This document shows positions 1-9,212 of a DNA stretch of 10,075 nt, one piece after another. Numbering within the stretch: position 1 is the stretch's first letter; each line of letters begins with the position of its first letter. A model generated the notes under the pieces. That model had not been told where the DNA came from. It was given only the letters and a program-made list of their open reading frames with translations, and searched no databases. The position numbers were made by a program, and so were the translations under genes. The stretch lies in IMG/VR virus record IMGVR_UViG_2654587588_000010, positions 1 to 10,075 of that record. One strand, given 5' to 3'. Source of the DNA: a virus (taxonomy: Duplodnaviria; Heunggongvirae; Uroviricota; Caudoviricetes).

Positions 1-2085
<2,085 letters not shown>

Positions 2086-2098
2086 CCATCAACGAAAA

Positions 2099-2118
2099 AG
2101 CCCACATCTGTGGGCTTT
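2099..2118 (+). terminator. Possible weak intrinsic terminator after the autotransporter gene
   Basis: Seen: 8-bp stem AGCCCACA / TGTGGGCT with a 3-nt loop, 14 nt after the stop codon, followed by only TTT. The short T-run makes this weak. Confidence 0.3.
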
Positions 2119-2401
2119 CATGTCACCAGGAGCCGCGGCTCCTTTGCGTATCCTTTTATGTCTCTTCACCGTCTGGTCGGCGTCCTGCTGAGACTTCTAA
2201 CTTCCTGTTTTTATTGGTGTTGTCCTTATACCGTCCAATCATGATTGGGCTGGCGGAGTTTGAATAAATATTGTATTGCTTTGATTTTTTAATGATTTTG
2301 TTTAATTCAGCTTTTGTGTGTATACCTAATCGTATACCAATGGCTGTAAGTTAATGTGAAATGAAAGCGCATTTTTACTTGGATTGATGCTATATCGTAC
2401 A

Positions 2402-2704
2402 GGAAAAAATTTTTTTTCGGAAGAACTGTTCACACTGTTCACCATTTGGTTTTCTCCTTTTATTTCAGCATGATAGGTGGTGAATAATGGGTGAAGGGTG
2501 AACATTCGATTCTTCACCTCCGGCATTCTGCCGGTGTGACTCATACCGGTGATTAATCCCCCGTACTGAAATCACACAGGGAGAAAAAAGTTTTTTTTTG
2601 ATTTGATTGTTCACACTGTTCACCTTTCATTTTTCTCTTTTAATTTCAGTATGATAACGGGTGAATACACGGTGAAGGGTGAACAGTGGATTGTTCACCT
2701 TCGG
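2402..2704. repeat. crr-like cis replication region: two direct repeats of about 122 bp at a 180-bp period, each carrying TGTTCAC-type iterons
   Basis: Seen: 2402-2522 and 2582-2704 align nearly base for base, each with TGTTCACACTGTTCACC, GGTGAA, GGTGAAGGGTGAAC and TTCACC motifs. Established (from memory): P4 crr is two 120-bp direct repeats with type I iterons bound by alpha, next to the 3' end of the alpha gene. Confidence 0.6.
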
Positions 2705-2717
2705 GGAATTCAGGGAT

Positions 2718-2742
2718 AAAAAAAGACCGGCAGATGCCGGTC
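2718..2742 (-). terminator. Rho-independent terminator of the leftward alpha operon
   Basis: Seen: minus-strand hairpin GACCGGCATCTGCCGGTC (plus 2725-2742) followed immediately by a 7-nt U-run (plus 2718-2724), 17 nt after the alpha stop codon at 2759-2761. Confidence 0.5.
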
Positions 2743-2758
2743 AGATGAGTCATGAGGG

Positions 2759-5092
2759 TCAGGTTGTTGCAGGGTCGTCACATTTTGGCAGCCAGTCGCC
2801 GTAGCTTTCCTCTTTCAGCGTCAGGTTGGTCTGTATCCCCTGTTTGGTATGGCGCTTCTCGTAATTCAGTCCGTATTCCTTCAGCATCACCGGCAGCCCC
2901 AGCCCGAACATTTTCAGACTGAGTACATTCCGGTAGCCGTTTGCCTCCATGTAGGCCAGATAGGCGTGATAGAGGTATTTACGGTAATTACGCGGGATGA
3001 TACTGGCGTTCCCCATATACATGCCGCTGGTCTGCGGCAGGGTTTCCAGATAGCCGATAAAATCAAACGTCGGGTCGGCATCCCGTTTGATGTTCAGCGC
3101 CTCGTCTGAGTTCTGCTGGGACTGAAGCAGTGACCGGGCGAGCATCGGGTCGCTGAACTTCTGCATCAGGTGACGCACGATGACCGCCAGCTCGCGGGTG
3201 ATTTTGTCCTTAAGCTGCGGGTCGCGCTCCTGCGGGGCTATCTGTTCCGGGAAGTGAATAATCACCCGCCGGCGTGACACGCCGCCGCTGCGGTCGGTGA
3301 AGCGCATCGGGTTATTGTTCACGGCCAGAATCACCGCCGGGATGTGCGTGGAGTACGCATCCCGGTATTTCGGGTCAACGGACACCGCATCGCCGCCGGT
3401 GATGGCCTTGAGTCCGGCACCGTCGCCGCTCCATTTTTCCTGGTCCGGCAGGCGTATCAGTGAGAAGCCAGTTAACGCGGCACGTTCACGCGGGGATTCC
3501 AGCGTCTCGATGGTGGCCGACGTGGCGTTATCCTCCCCGGCCAGCAGGGTGGCGATTTCGGCCATGATACTTTTGCCGCTGCCGCCGGGACCGGTCACCT
3601 CCAGAAAGAGCTGCCAGTCGTAGCGGTTTGCCAGCACCATAAACAGTGCGGCCAGAATCACGTCGCGTTTTTCCGCACGACCACCGGCGGCACGGTCAAG
3701 CCAGCGCCAGAACGCGGGAGCGTGGGTTTCCAGCGTTTCCCCTTCCACCGGCGGGGTGAAATCCACATCGCACAGGGTACGCATCCAGTGTGACGGACTG
3801 TGCGGGTGGAACGTGCCGTTCTGCGTGTCGGGCACGCCGTTACGAAAGCCAATCAGGCGGCGGGAGGGGGCTTCCTGCTGCGGAATAATCAGCTTCAGGG
3901 TGTCCACCACGGAGGCCACCTTCCCGGAGGAGAACGGCGCACGCAGACGCTGAAACAGCCCGGCCACATCCCGGGCAAAGTCCTGTGGCGGCAGCACCTT
4001 CCAGACACCATTTTCATAACGGGACAGAAGCTGGCCGTTGGCATCGACCGCGAGCGCCTCGCCGTAATGCTCATAGATACGCATGGCCTTTTCGCTGGTA
4101 CTCATGGCGGAAAACTCCGCTTCACTCATGGTGTCGAACGGGCTTTCAGCCGGTGGCCGGATGGCATCGTAAATGGCCTTACGGGTGGCCTCCCCGCCGT
4201 ACTGCGTGAAGGCATCATTCCAGTCACCGAAGACCGGTGGCAGGGCAACAACACCTTCACACGCATCTGCGGCTGCGGCGGCTTTTTTCTGGCCGTCACC
4301 GCTGAGGTCACGGTCAGCAGCAAGGACAATCTGACAGGCCGGATGCTTCTGCCGGGCAAGGCTGGCCAGAGAAAGGAGGTTCACGGAAGAAAGCGCCACC
4401 ATCACCGTTTCACCGGTCAGGTGATGTACGGTAAGTGCGGTCGCGTATCCCTCCGCTATCCACAGACGTTTTCCGGCCTGATTCTGTCCTTCAAGGGTGT
4501 GACAGGTGCCCCTGACCTGTCCGCCTTTCAGGGTGCGCTTACGGCCGTCAGCACTGATTAACTGAAGGTTAACCAGTTCGCCGCTGTCGTCATACAGTGG
4601 CACCACAAGGTCACCGGCGCGCCAGCTCACGCCACCGGCTCTGTGTGTGCCGGTCAGCATCCGGCATTCCCGGCCGGGAAAGCCCTTGCGGGTCAGGTAG
4701 GCGTTACCGGTTCCGGGACGGGTTTTCGCTATCAGGGTTTGTGCCAGTGCGGCGGCGTTCTTCCGGGCAGCGTCTGTTTCAGCACCGGCGGCAGCCGTCA
4801 CTGCCGGGTCAGCCGGGGGCAGGCTGCCGGTCACGGCAGCCACCTTTGCGGCCGCGTCGGACGGGGAGACACCAAACACCTTTTCAACCAGTTTCAGGCC
4901 GTCACCGGCACCACACTGATTGCAGTACCAGGTGCCGCGCCCCTCCCTGTCATCAAAACGGAAGCGGTCACTCCCGCCACAGACCGGACAGGGCTGATGA
5001 CGGTTCTTCAGCACCTGAATCCCCAGCGCCGGGAGAATACGCGGCCAGTGGCCGAGCGCATGGCTGACGGTGGCGGTTACGTTCATTTTCAT
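2759..5092 (-). CDS. alpha: P4 alpha-type primase-helicase replication protein (777 aa)
   Basis: Seen: N-terminal zinc-binding motif CPVCGGSDRF...WYCNQCG; Walker A GPGGSGKS in the central NTPase domain; RBS AAGGAGA 8 nt before ATG at 5092. Established: P4 alpha is a 777-aa primase, helicase and origin-binding protein. Lies next to the crr repeats as in P4. Confidence 0.9.
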   Translation of the reverse strand: MKMNVTATVSHALGHWPRILPALGIQVLKNRHQPCPVCGGSDRFRFDDREGRGTWYCNQCGAGDGLKLVEKVFGVSPSDAAAKVAAVTGSLPPADPAVTAAAGAETDAARKNAAALAQTLIAKTRPGTGNAYLTRKGFPGRECRMLTGTHRAGGVSWRAGDLVVPLYDDSGELVNLQLISADGRKRTLKGGQVRGTCHTLEGQNQAGKRLWIAEGYATALTVHHLTGETVMVALSSVNLLSLASLARQKHPACQIVLAADRDLSGDGQKKAAAAADACEGVVALPPVFGDWNDAFTQYGGEATRKAIYDAIRPPAESPFDTMSEAEFSAMSTSEKAMRIYEHYGEALAVDANGQLLSRYENGVWKVLPPQDFARDVAGLFQRLRAPFSSGKVASVVDTLKLIIPQQEAPSRRLIGFRNGVPDTQNGTFHPHSPSHWMRTLCDVDFTPPVEGETLETHAPAFWRWLDRAAGGRAEKRDVILAALFMVLANRYDWQLFLEVTGPGGSGKSIMAEIATLLAGEDNATSATIETLESPRERAALTGFSLIRLPDQEKWSGDGAGLKAITGGDAVSVDPKYRDAYSTHIPAVILAVNNNPMRFTDRSGGVSRRRVIIHFPEQIAPQERDPQLKDKITRELAVIVRHLMQKFSDPMLARSLLQSQQNSDEALNIKRDADPTFDFIGYLETLPQTSGMYMGNASIIPRNYRKYLYHAYLAYMEANGYRNVLSLKMFGLGLPVMLKEYGLNYEKRHTKQGIQTNLTLKEESYGDWLPKCDDPATT

Positions 5093-5106
5093 GGTGTTGT
5101 TCTCCT

Positions 5107-5427
5107 TCAGTGCAGTACCGGCGCTTTTATGTGACGGGCACAGAGTTCATCCATCACAACCAGCCCGAGAAAGGACAGCGACGGCGCGGCCTTCAGGGGG
5201 CCGGATTCCATTAAATCTTCCAGCAGGGCACAGGCTATCTGACGCCCTTTTTCCTCACCGTGCTGGCGCAGATAAAAGCCCTCCAGCTCAGCGGCGATGG
5301 CCGCCTCCAGTGATTCAAGGGTGAGATGCGGGTAGCGGTGCTGACGTTCGCACACGGTCAGCCAGGCACAGGCGACAGCGCGACGGTAAAGGGCAGCGCG
5401 TAAGACGGGCGGTAAGGGTGTTTTCAT
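5107..5427 (-). CDS. Small protein of the P4 left operon (106 aa), function unknown
   Basis: Seen: RBS GGGAGG 7 nt before ATG at 5427; stop TGA at 5107-5109 sits 14 nt before the alpha start, inside the alpha RBS region. Immediately upstream of alpha and co-oriented. Confidence 0.55.
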
Positions 5428-5562
5428 TTGTTTTCCTCCCTGTGACAGATGACTGCATTCCGTGCCGGTTGCATTAACTGATAAGGCATATCTGCGTCTC
5501 CTGAAGACGTGCGTATCCCTGCGCGAATACGCACATTTAATTTTTCGGGTGTCGTTTTTTAA

Positions 5563-6018
5563 TTACAGATAATTGCGGTAACTGTTATCCGGGGTGATTT
5601 CCGGGTCAGGCTCCGTGCGGGGAATTTCCCGCCATTCCCGCGCCACCGGTGCCGCCCGGCTGACCGGAACAGGGTCCTGCGGGTAAATATCCAGATATTT
5701 CTCCCGCCATTTCTGTAATTCCGGGTCTCCGGCCATTTCTTTCAGTACCGCATGCCGGTTTACGGGGCTGCGTCTGAACAGGTCAGGACGGTCACAGGTA
5801 AATTTCCGCAGAAAACGCCCCAGCGGGATATCTGTGGTGCGCCCGTCAGCGAGGATACGCACAAGGATACTGAATTTACGGCGGTACGGGTTCCAGACAA
5901 TGTCCGGGCAGCGGTACGGCATTTCCCACGGAATACCGTCTTCCAGAATGCCAACCACGGCCACATCGGGAAAACCGGCAGAACGGTAAATCTCACCGGG
6001 CTGGGGAAAATCAAACAT
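5563..6018 (-). CDS. P4 orf151-like protein (151 aa), function unknown
   Basis: Seen: RBS GGGGAGA before ATG at 6018; the start overlaps the stop of the upstream ORF (ATGTTTGA), indicating translational coupling. Established (from memory): P4 has a 151-codon ORF between epsilon and alpha. Confidence 0.6.
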   Translation of the reverse strand: MFDFPQPGEIYRSAGFPDVAVVGILEDGIPWEMPYRCPDIVWNPYRRKFSILVRILADGRTTDIPLGRFLRKFTCDRPDLFRRSPVNRHAVLKEMAGDPELQKWREKYLDIYPQDPVPVSRAAPVAREWREIPRTEPDPEITPDNSYRNYL

Positions 6019-6298
6019 GCGTCTTGTCTCCCCGGTCTTTCTGCTGGGCGAGAAAATCGCGGCACAGGCCTTTGGCTTTCAGCTCATTCAGCACAAAATC
6101 AATATCTTCATTCAGGTAGCTGAAAATATGCGGAATGTAGAGCTGATGCAGGCCGGAGAGTTCACGGTGAATCAAATCACCCCCAACAAACTGGGATACG
6201 GCGCTGGCGCGGTTGAGCTTATGGTAAGCCTCAATGCTGAGGTGTTCACGGGCGTCATGACGCGCTGAGACGGTCTGAGGGGCTTTTTTATTACGCAC
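6011..6298 (-). CDS. epsilon: Probable P4 epsilon-type derepression protein (95 aa)
   Basis: Assigned from position (directly upstream of orf151 in the left operon) and size only; no motif recognised. GTG start at 6298 overlaps the stop of the eta-like ORF (GTGCGTAA). Confidence 0.5.
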   Translation of the reverse strand: MRNKKAPQTVSARHDAREHLSIEAYHKLNRASAVSQFVGGDLIHRELSGLHQLYIPHIFSYLNEDIDFVLNELKAKGLCRDFLAQQKDRGDKTHV

Positions 6299-6488
6299 GG
6301 GACACCTCCATCACCGGCAGACGGGCAGCAAGGGAGAGCACATAGTCACGGACAAGGGAACGGCGGGCACTGCGTTCATCACCGGCGACGGTGCGAAGCA
6401 TGCAGATACGGGGGTGACGGTCTGCGCGACGGACAGCCGCAAACACAAAGACAAATTCAGGGTGTGAGGGGGTAAGGGTTGTAGCCAT
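6291..6488 (-). CDS. Small ORF (65 aa) at the position of P4 eta
   Basis: Seen: internal ATG at 6488 of the long 6291-6890 ORF, preceded by AGGAGG (plus 6497-6502) that overlaps the seqC-like element; stop overlaps the epsilon start. Upstream part of the long ORF rejected. Confidence 0.4.
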   Translation of the reverse strand: MATTLTPSHPEFVFVFAAVRRADRHPRICMLRTVAGDERSARRSLVRDYVLSLAARLPVMEVSRA

Positions 6489-6499
6489 GATGGCAGCCT

Positions 6500-6540
6500 C
6501 CTTGAAGTAACAGTTACAGCTACCACTGGAGTTCCTACGC
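6500..6540 (-). promoter_or_regulatory. seqC-like antisense target: two 8-nt blocks complementary to seqB
   Basis: Seen: plus-strand CCTTGAAG (6500-6507) and GTTCCTAC (6531-6538) are reverse complements of CTTCAAGG and GTAGGAA in 6565-6586. Established: in P4, CI RNA pairs with seqA and seqC on nascent leftward transcripts to terminate transcription and block translation. Confidence 0.5.
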
Positions 6541-6545
6541 TCATG

Positions 6546-6625
6546 GGTGGTAGCCCGGACGGGGGTAGGAATACCGGCCTTCAAGGAAACCGGCCAGCCC
6601 GAAGGCTGCCCCGCCCGGACCACCA
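6546..6625 (-). ncRNA. cI: CI-type immunity RNA candidate carrying seqB; ends approximate
   Basis: Seen: GC-rich segment with long-range pairing (GGTGGT 6546-6551 with ACCACC 6619-6624; GGGCGGGG with CCCCGUCC allowing one G-U) enclosing a CAGCC-UUCG-GGCUG tetraloop hairpin and the seqB blocks at 6565-6586. Boundaries not determinable from sequence alone. Confidence 0.45.
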
Positions 6626-6721
6626 TTATCTGACAGAGGCTACGGTTTAAAAACCACAGCCAGAAAAACAGGTGTGCCGAAGCAACGACGTAAAAAAAGA
6701 CGCATGGCGCGTCATATGTCG

Positions 6722-6745
6722 CCTTGAAGTAACTCGGGTTCCTAC
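6722..6745 (-). promoter_or_regulatory. seqA-like antisense target in the early leader
   Basis: Seen: CCTTGAAG (6722-6729) and GTTCCTAC (6738-6745), the same two blocks as seqC, complementary to seqB. Confidence 0.5.
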
Positions 6746-6776
6746 GCCCGGCTGCCGATTTTGCGGCAGCGGAAAA

Positions 6777-6806
6777 ACTATATCCGCAAATGCCGGAAAA
6801 AGGCAA
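6777..6806 (-). promoter_or_regulatory. Candidate early leftward promoter (PLE-like)
   Basis: Seen on minus strand: -35 TTGCCT (plus 6801-6806), 18-nt spacer, -10 TATAGT (plus 6777-6782); predicted start near 6770, about 25 nt upstream of seqA and about 395 bp downstream of the predicted PLL start. Established (from memory): P4 PLE lies about 400 bp downstream of PLL. Confidence 0.4.
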
Positions 6807-6841
6807 GCCAGAAAAAGGGAGTTTTTGCAGAACAGGCATCA

Positions 6842-7108
6842 TCATGCGTCGTACCCCCGTTTGCGTCCGGCAATGCGCCCGGCCATCCATGCGGTGACTT
6901 CAGAGTGCAGCCAGGCCACATTTTTACCGCCAAGACTCACCTGCGGCGGAAATTCCCCCTTACGGATGAGTTCGTAGATGGTCGAGCGTGACAGGCCGCA
7001 CAGGTGCATCACTTCCGGCAGACGTAAAAAACGCTCCTGCGTGATGTCCGGCAGCGGCATCAGTGGCGTCACAGGGGCGGGAGACGGGGAAGAAAAAACA
7101 GCTTGCAT
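6842..7108 (-). CDS. vis: Vis / AlpA-family DNA-binding regulator (88 aa)
   Basis: Seen: helix-turn-helix segment [30 protein letters not shown] typical of the AlpA family; RBS GAGG before ATG at 7108; sits between the late-promoter region and the immunity module as P4 vis (orf88) does. Confidence 0.85.
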   Translation of the reverse strand: MQAVFSSPSPAPVTPLMPLPDITQERFLRLPEVMHLCGLSRSTIYELIRKGEFPPQVSLGGKNVAWLHSEVTAWMAGRIAGRKRGYDA

Positions 7109-7210
7109 CGGGCTACCTCGTTAATGTCCATACAGCACCGGATAAGTCCGTCCGGCTTCGGGTAGCGCTTTATTTTGTGAATATTTTCAGCAGACGCAAC
7201 AGGGGGGATT

Positions 7211-7228
7211 TGTTCCGGCAGTCTTACA
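7211..7228 (-). promoter_or_regulatory. Ogr/Delta-type activator site (TGT-N12-ACA) of a leftward late promoter (PLL-like)
   Basis: Seen: TGTTCCGGCAGTCTTACA. Established: P2/P4 late promoters carry TGT-N12-ACA centred near -55; that places the start near 7165, 57 nt upstream of vis. Confidence 0.4.
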
Positions 7229-7386
7229 ATGGCTGTGTATTTTTTGTACATCAGCGCCAGATAGCTTTAAAACGCTCTGGAAGGAGCTGGAAAAAATTAT
7301 AGTGAAATACAAATTGTTTTTTCTTATTTATTTCAGTGAATTAATAAAAATAAAAAGTAATAAACAGCACAAAAAGCCCATCAACG

Positions 7387-7491
7387 GGTGAACAGTGGTG
7401 AACAGACGGTGAACAGTCATTACTGCGATTGTTCACCCTTTAAATTACTGTATTACTTATCTTTTTTCTTATGGTGAACAGAGGTGAACAG
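7387..7491. repeat. Origin-of-replication iteron cluster (six GGTGAACAG / TGTTCACC copies) in an AT-rich intergenic region
   Basis: Seen: GGTGAACAG at 7387-7395, 7397-7405, 7408-7416, 7473-7481 and 7483-7491, plus inverted TGTTCACC at 7430-7437, flanked by AT-rich DNA (7290-7380, 7440-7510). Same motif as in the crr repeats. Established (from memory): P4 ori consists of alpha-bound type I iterons. Confidence 0.6.
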
Positions 7492-7569
7492 TAAAATATA
7501 AAAAAACAAACAGTAAGCCGGTTTTTCCTGCGACCTTTTCCTGGCTTGCCGGTCTGAGGATGAGTCTCC

Positions 7570-7636
7570 TGTGTCAGGGCTGGCACATCTGCAATGCGTC
7601 GTGTTGTTGTCCGGTGTACGTCACAATTTTCTTAAC
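7570..7636 (+). promoter_or_regulatory. Psid-like late promoter with Ogr/Delta-type activator site
   Basis: Seen: TGT-N12-ACA at 7570-7587 (TGTGTCAGGGCTGGCACA); weak -10-like CACAAT near 7622-7627; RBS GAGGAG at 7647-7652; sid ATG at 7660. Confidence 0.45.
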
Positions 7637-7659
7637 CTGAAGTGACGAGGAGCCGGAAA

Positions 7660-8394
7660 ATGTCTGACAACACCATCCCTGAATATCTGCAACCCGCGCT
7701 GGCACAACTGGAAAAGGCCAGAGCCGCCCACCTTGAGAACGCCCGCCTGATGGATGAGACCGTCACGGCCATTGAACGGGCAGAGCAGGAAAAAAATGCG
7801 CTGGCGCAGGCCGACGGAAACGACGCTGACGACTGGCGCACGGCCTTTCGTGCAGCCGGTGGTGTCCTGAGCGACGAGCTGAAACAGCGCCACATTGAGC
7901 GCGTGGCACGCCGGGAGCTGGTACAGGAATATGACAATCTGGCCGTGGTGCTGAATTTCGAACGTGAACGCCTGAAAGGGGCGTGTGACAGCACGGCCAC
8001 CGCCTACCGGAAGGCACATCATCACCTGCTGAGTCTGTATGCAGAGCATGAGCTGGAACACGCCCTGAATGAAACCTGTGAGGCGCTTGTCCGGGCAATG
8101 CATCTGAGCATTCTGGTACAGGAAAATCCGCTCGCCAACACCACCGGGCATCAGGGCTACGTCGCACCCGATAAAGCTGTCATGCAGCAGGTGAAATCAT
8201 CGCTGGAACAGAAAATAAAACAGATGCAAATCAGCCTCACCGGCGAGCCGGTTCTCCGGCTGACCGGACTGTCAGCGGCAACACTCCCGCACATGGATTA
8301 TGAGGTGGCAGGCACACCGGCACAGCGCAAGGTGTGGCAGGACAAAATAGACCAGCAGGGAGCAGTGCTTAAGGCCAGAGGACTGCTGTCATGA
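7660..8394 (+). CDS. sid: Sid capsid size-determination (external scaffold) protein, 244 aa
   Basis: Seen: ATG at 7660 with RBS GAGGAG 7 nt upstream is preferred over the GTG at 7642 in the ORF track; stop overlaps the delta start (ATGA). Established: P4 late operon is sid-delta-psu and Sid is 244 aa (from memory). Confidence 0.85.
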   Translation: MSDNTIPEYLQPALAQLEKARAAHLENARLMDETVTAIERAEQEKNALAQADGNDADDWRTAFRAAGGVLSDELKQRHIERVARRELVQEYDNLAVVLNFERERLKGACDSTATAYRKAHHHLLSLYAEHELEHALNETCEALVRAMHLSILVQENPLANTTGHQGYVAPDKAVMQQVKSSLEQKIKQMQISLTGEPVLRLTGLSAATLPHMDYEVAGTPAQRKVWQDKIDQQGAVLKARGLLS

Positions 8395-8891
8395 TTTACT
8401 GCCCGTCGTGTGGACATGTTGCTCACACCCGCCGCGCACATTTCATGGACGATGGCACCAAGATAATGATTGCACAGTGCCGGAATATTTATTGCTCTGC
8501 GACATTTGAAGCGAGTGAAAGCTTTTTCTCTGACAGTAAAGATTCAGGAATGGAATACATTTCAGGCAAACAGAGATACCGCGATTCACTGACGTCAGCC
8601 TCCGGTAGCATGAAACGCCCGAAAAGAATGCTTGTTACCGGATATTGTTGTCGGAGATGTAAAGGCCTTGCACTGTCAAGAACATCGCGGCGTCTGTCTC
8701 AGGAAGTCACCGAGCGTTTTTATGTGTGCACGGATCCGGGCTGTGGTCTGGTGTTTAAAACGCTTCAGACCATCAACCGCTTCATTGTCCGCCCGGTCAC
8801 GCCGGACGAACTGGCAGAAAGCCTGCATGAAAAACAGGAACTGCCGCCAGTACGCTTAAAAACACAATCATATTCGCTGCGTCTGGAATGA
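8391..8891 (+). CDS. delta: Delta late-gene transcriptional activator: two tandem Ogr-like zinc-finger modules (166 aa)
   Basis: Seen: N-terminal module MIYCPSCGHVAHTRRAHF...CRNIYCSATF and a second C-x2-C...C-x4-C module CCRRCKGLA...CTDPGCGLVF. Established: P4 Delta is 166 aa and resembles a covalent dimer of P2 Ogr. Confidence 0.9.
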   Translation: MIYCPSCGHVAHTRRAHFMDDGTKIMIAQCRNIYCSATFEASESFFSDSKDSGMEYISGKQRYRDSLTSASGSMKRPKRMLVTGYCCRRCKGLALSRTSRRLSQEVTERFYVCTDPGCGLVFKTLQTINRFIVRPVTPDELAESLHEKQELPPVRLKTQSYSLRLE

Positions 8892-8964
8892 GGGCTGCCG
8901 GTTAACACCGGCCGTCGCCGCACACCGTATTTTTATTCTTCAGCATGATGAGAAAGATATAACG

Positions 8965-9207
8965 ATGGAAAGCACAGCCTTACAGCAGGCCTTTGACACC
9001 TGTCAGAATAACAAAGCAGCATGGCTGCAACGCAAAAATGAGCTGGCTGCGGCCGAACAGGAATATCTGCGGCTTCTGTCAGGAGAAGGCAGAAACGTCA
9101 GTCGCCTGGACGAATTACGCAATATTATCGAAGTCAGAAAATGGCAGGTGAATCAGGCTGAACCGCCCCGGGAATCCTGGAGACTAAACTCCCTGAGAAA
9201 GAGGTAA
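8965..9207 (+). pseudogene. psu: psu (polarity suppression / capsid decoration) truncated by IS insertion
   Basis: Seen: ORF starts MESTALQQAFDTCQNNKAAW... and switches at about codon 65 (near 9159) into IS-derived sequence, ending after 15 more codons at TAA 9205-9207. Established (from memory): P4 Psu is about 190 aa with this N-terminus. Confidence 0.7.
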
Positions 9208-9212
9208 ACAGG

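Noticed and set aside
2120-2401. Search for a tRNA gene or tRNA 3' fragment marking the attachment site
   Set aside because: No acceptor-stem/CCA-like or T-arm (GGTTCGA-type) sequence seen by eye; cannot call any tRNA feature here.
2402-2704. Tandem repeats considered as a possible CRISPR array
   Set aside because: Only two copies, 122 bp long with a 58-bp spacer, no cas genes nearby; the iteron content and position beside a replication gene point to a crr-type replication element.
3800-4561. 253-aa plus-strand ORF and several others (2849-3109, 3297-3623, 3985-4209, 4597-5067, 4643-5134) inside the alpha gene
   Set aside because: All are antisense to a strongly supported 777-aa gene in GC-rich DNA, have no ribosome-binding sites and give Arg/Gly/Pro-rich low-complexity translations typical of antisense frames.
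6291-6890. 199-aa minus-strand ORF spanning the whole immunity region
   Set aside because: It begins inside vis and runs through the promoter, seqA, the structured CI RNA segment and seqC. Only the last 65 codons (from ATG 6488 with a strong RBS) are plausible and are reported as the eta-like ORF. ORF 6311-6544 and plus-strand ORFs 6672-6977 and 6761-6991 are rejected for the same reason.
7063-7302. 79-aa plus-strand ORF overlapping the vis start and the PLL region
   Set aside because: Overlaps the vis 5' end on the opposite strand and extends through a region better explained as a promoter and activator site; low-complexity translation, no RBS.
7621-8167. Minus-strand ORFs 7621-8151, 7632-8000 and 7763-8167 opposite sid
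   Set aside because: Antisense to sid, which has an RBS, the expected 244-aa length and coupling to delta; no independent support.
8892-8964. Hairpin GCCGGTTAACACCGGC between delta and psu as a possible terminator
   Set aside because: No U-run directly follows the stem, and psu begins 50 nt later in the same operon; more likely incidental or a weak pause site.
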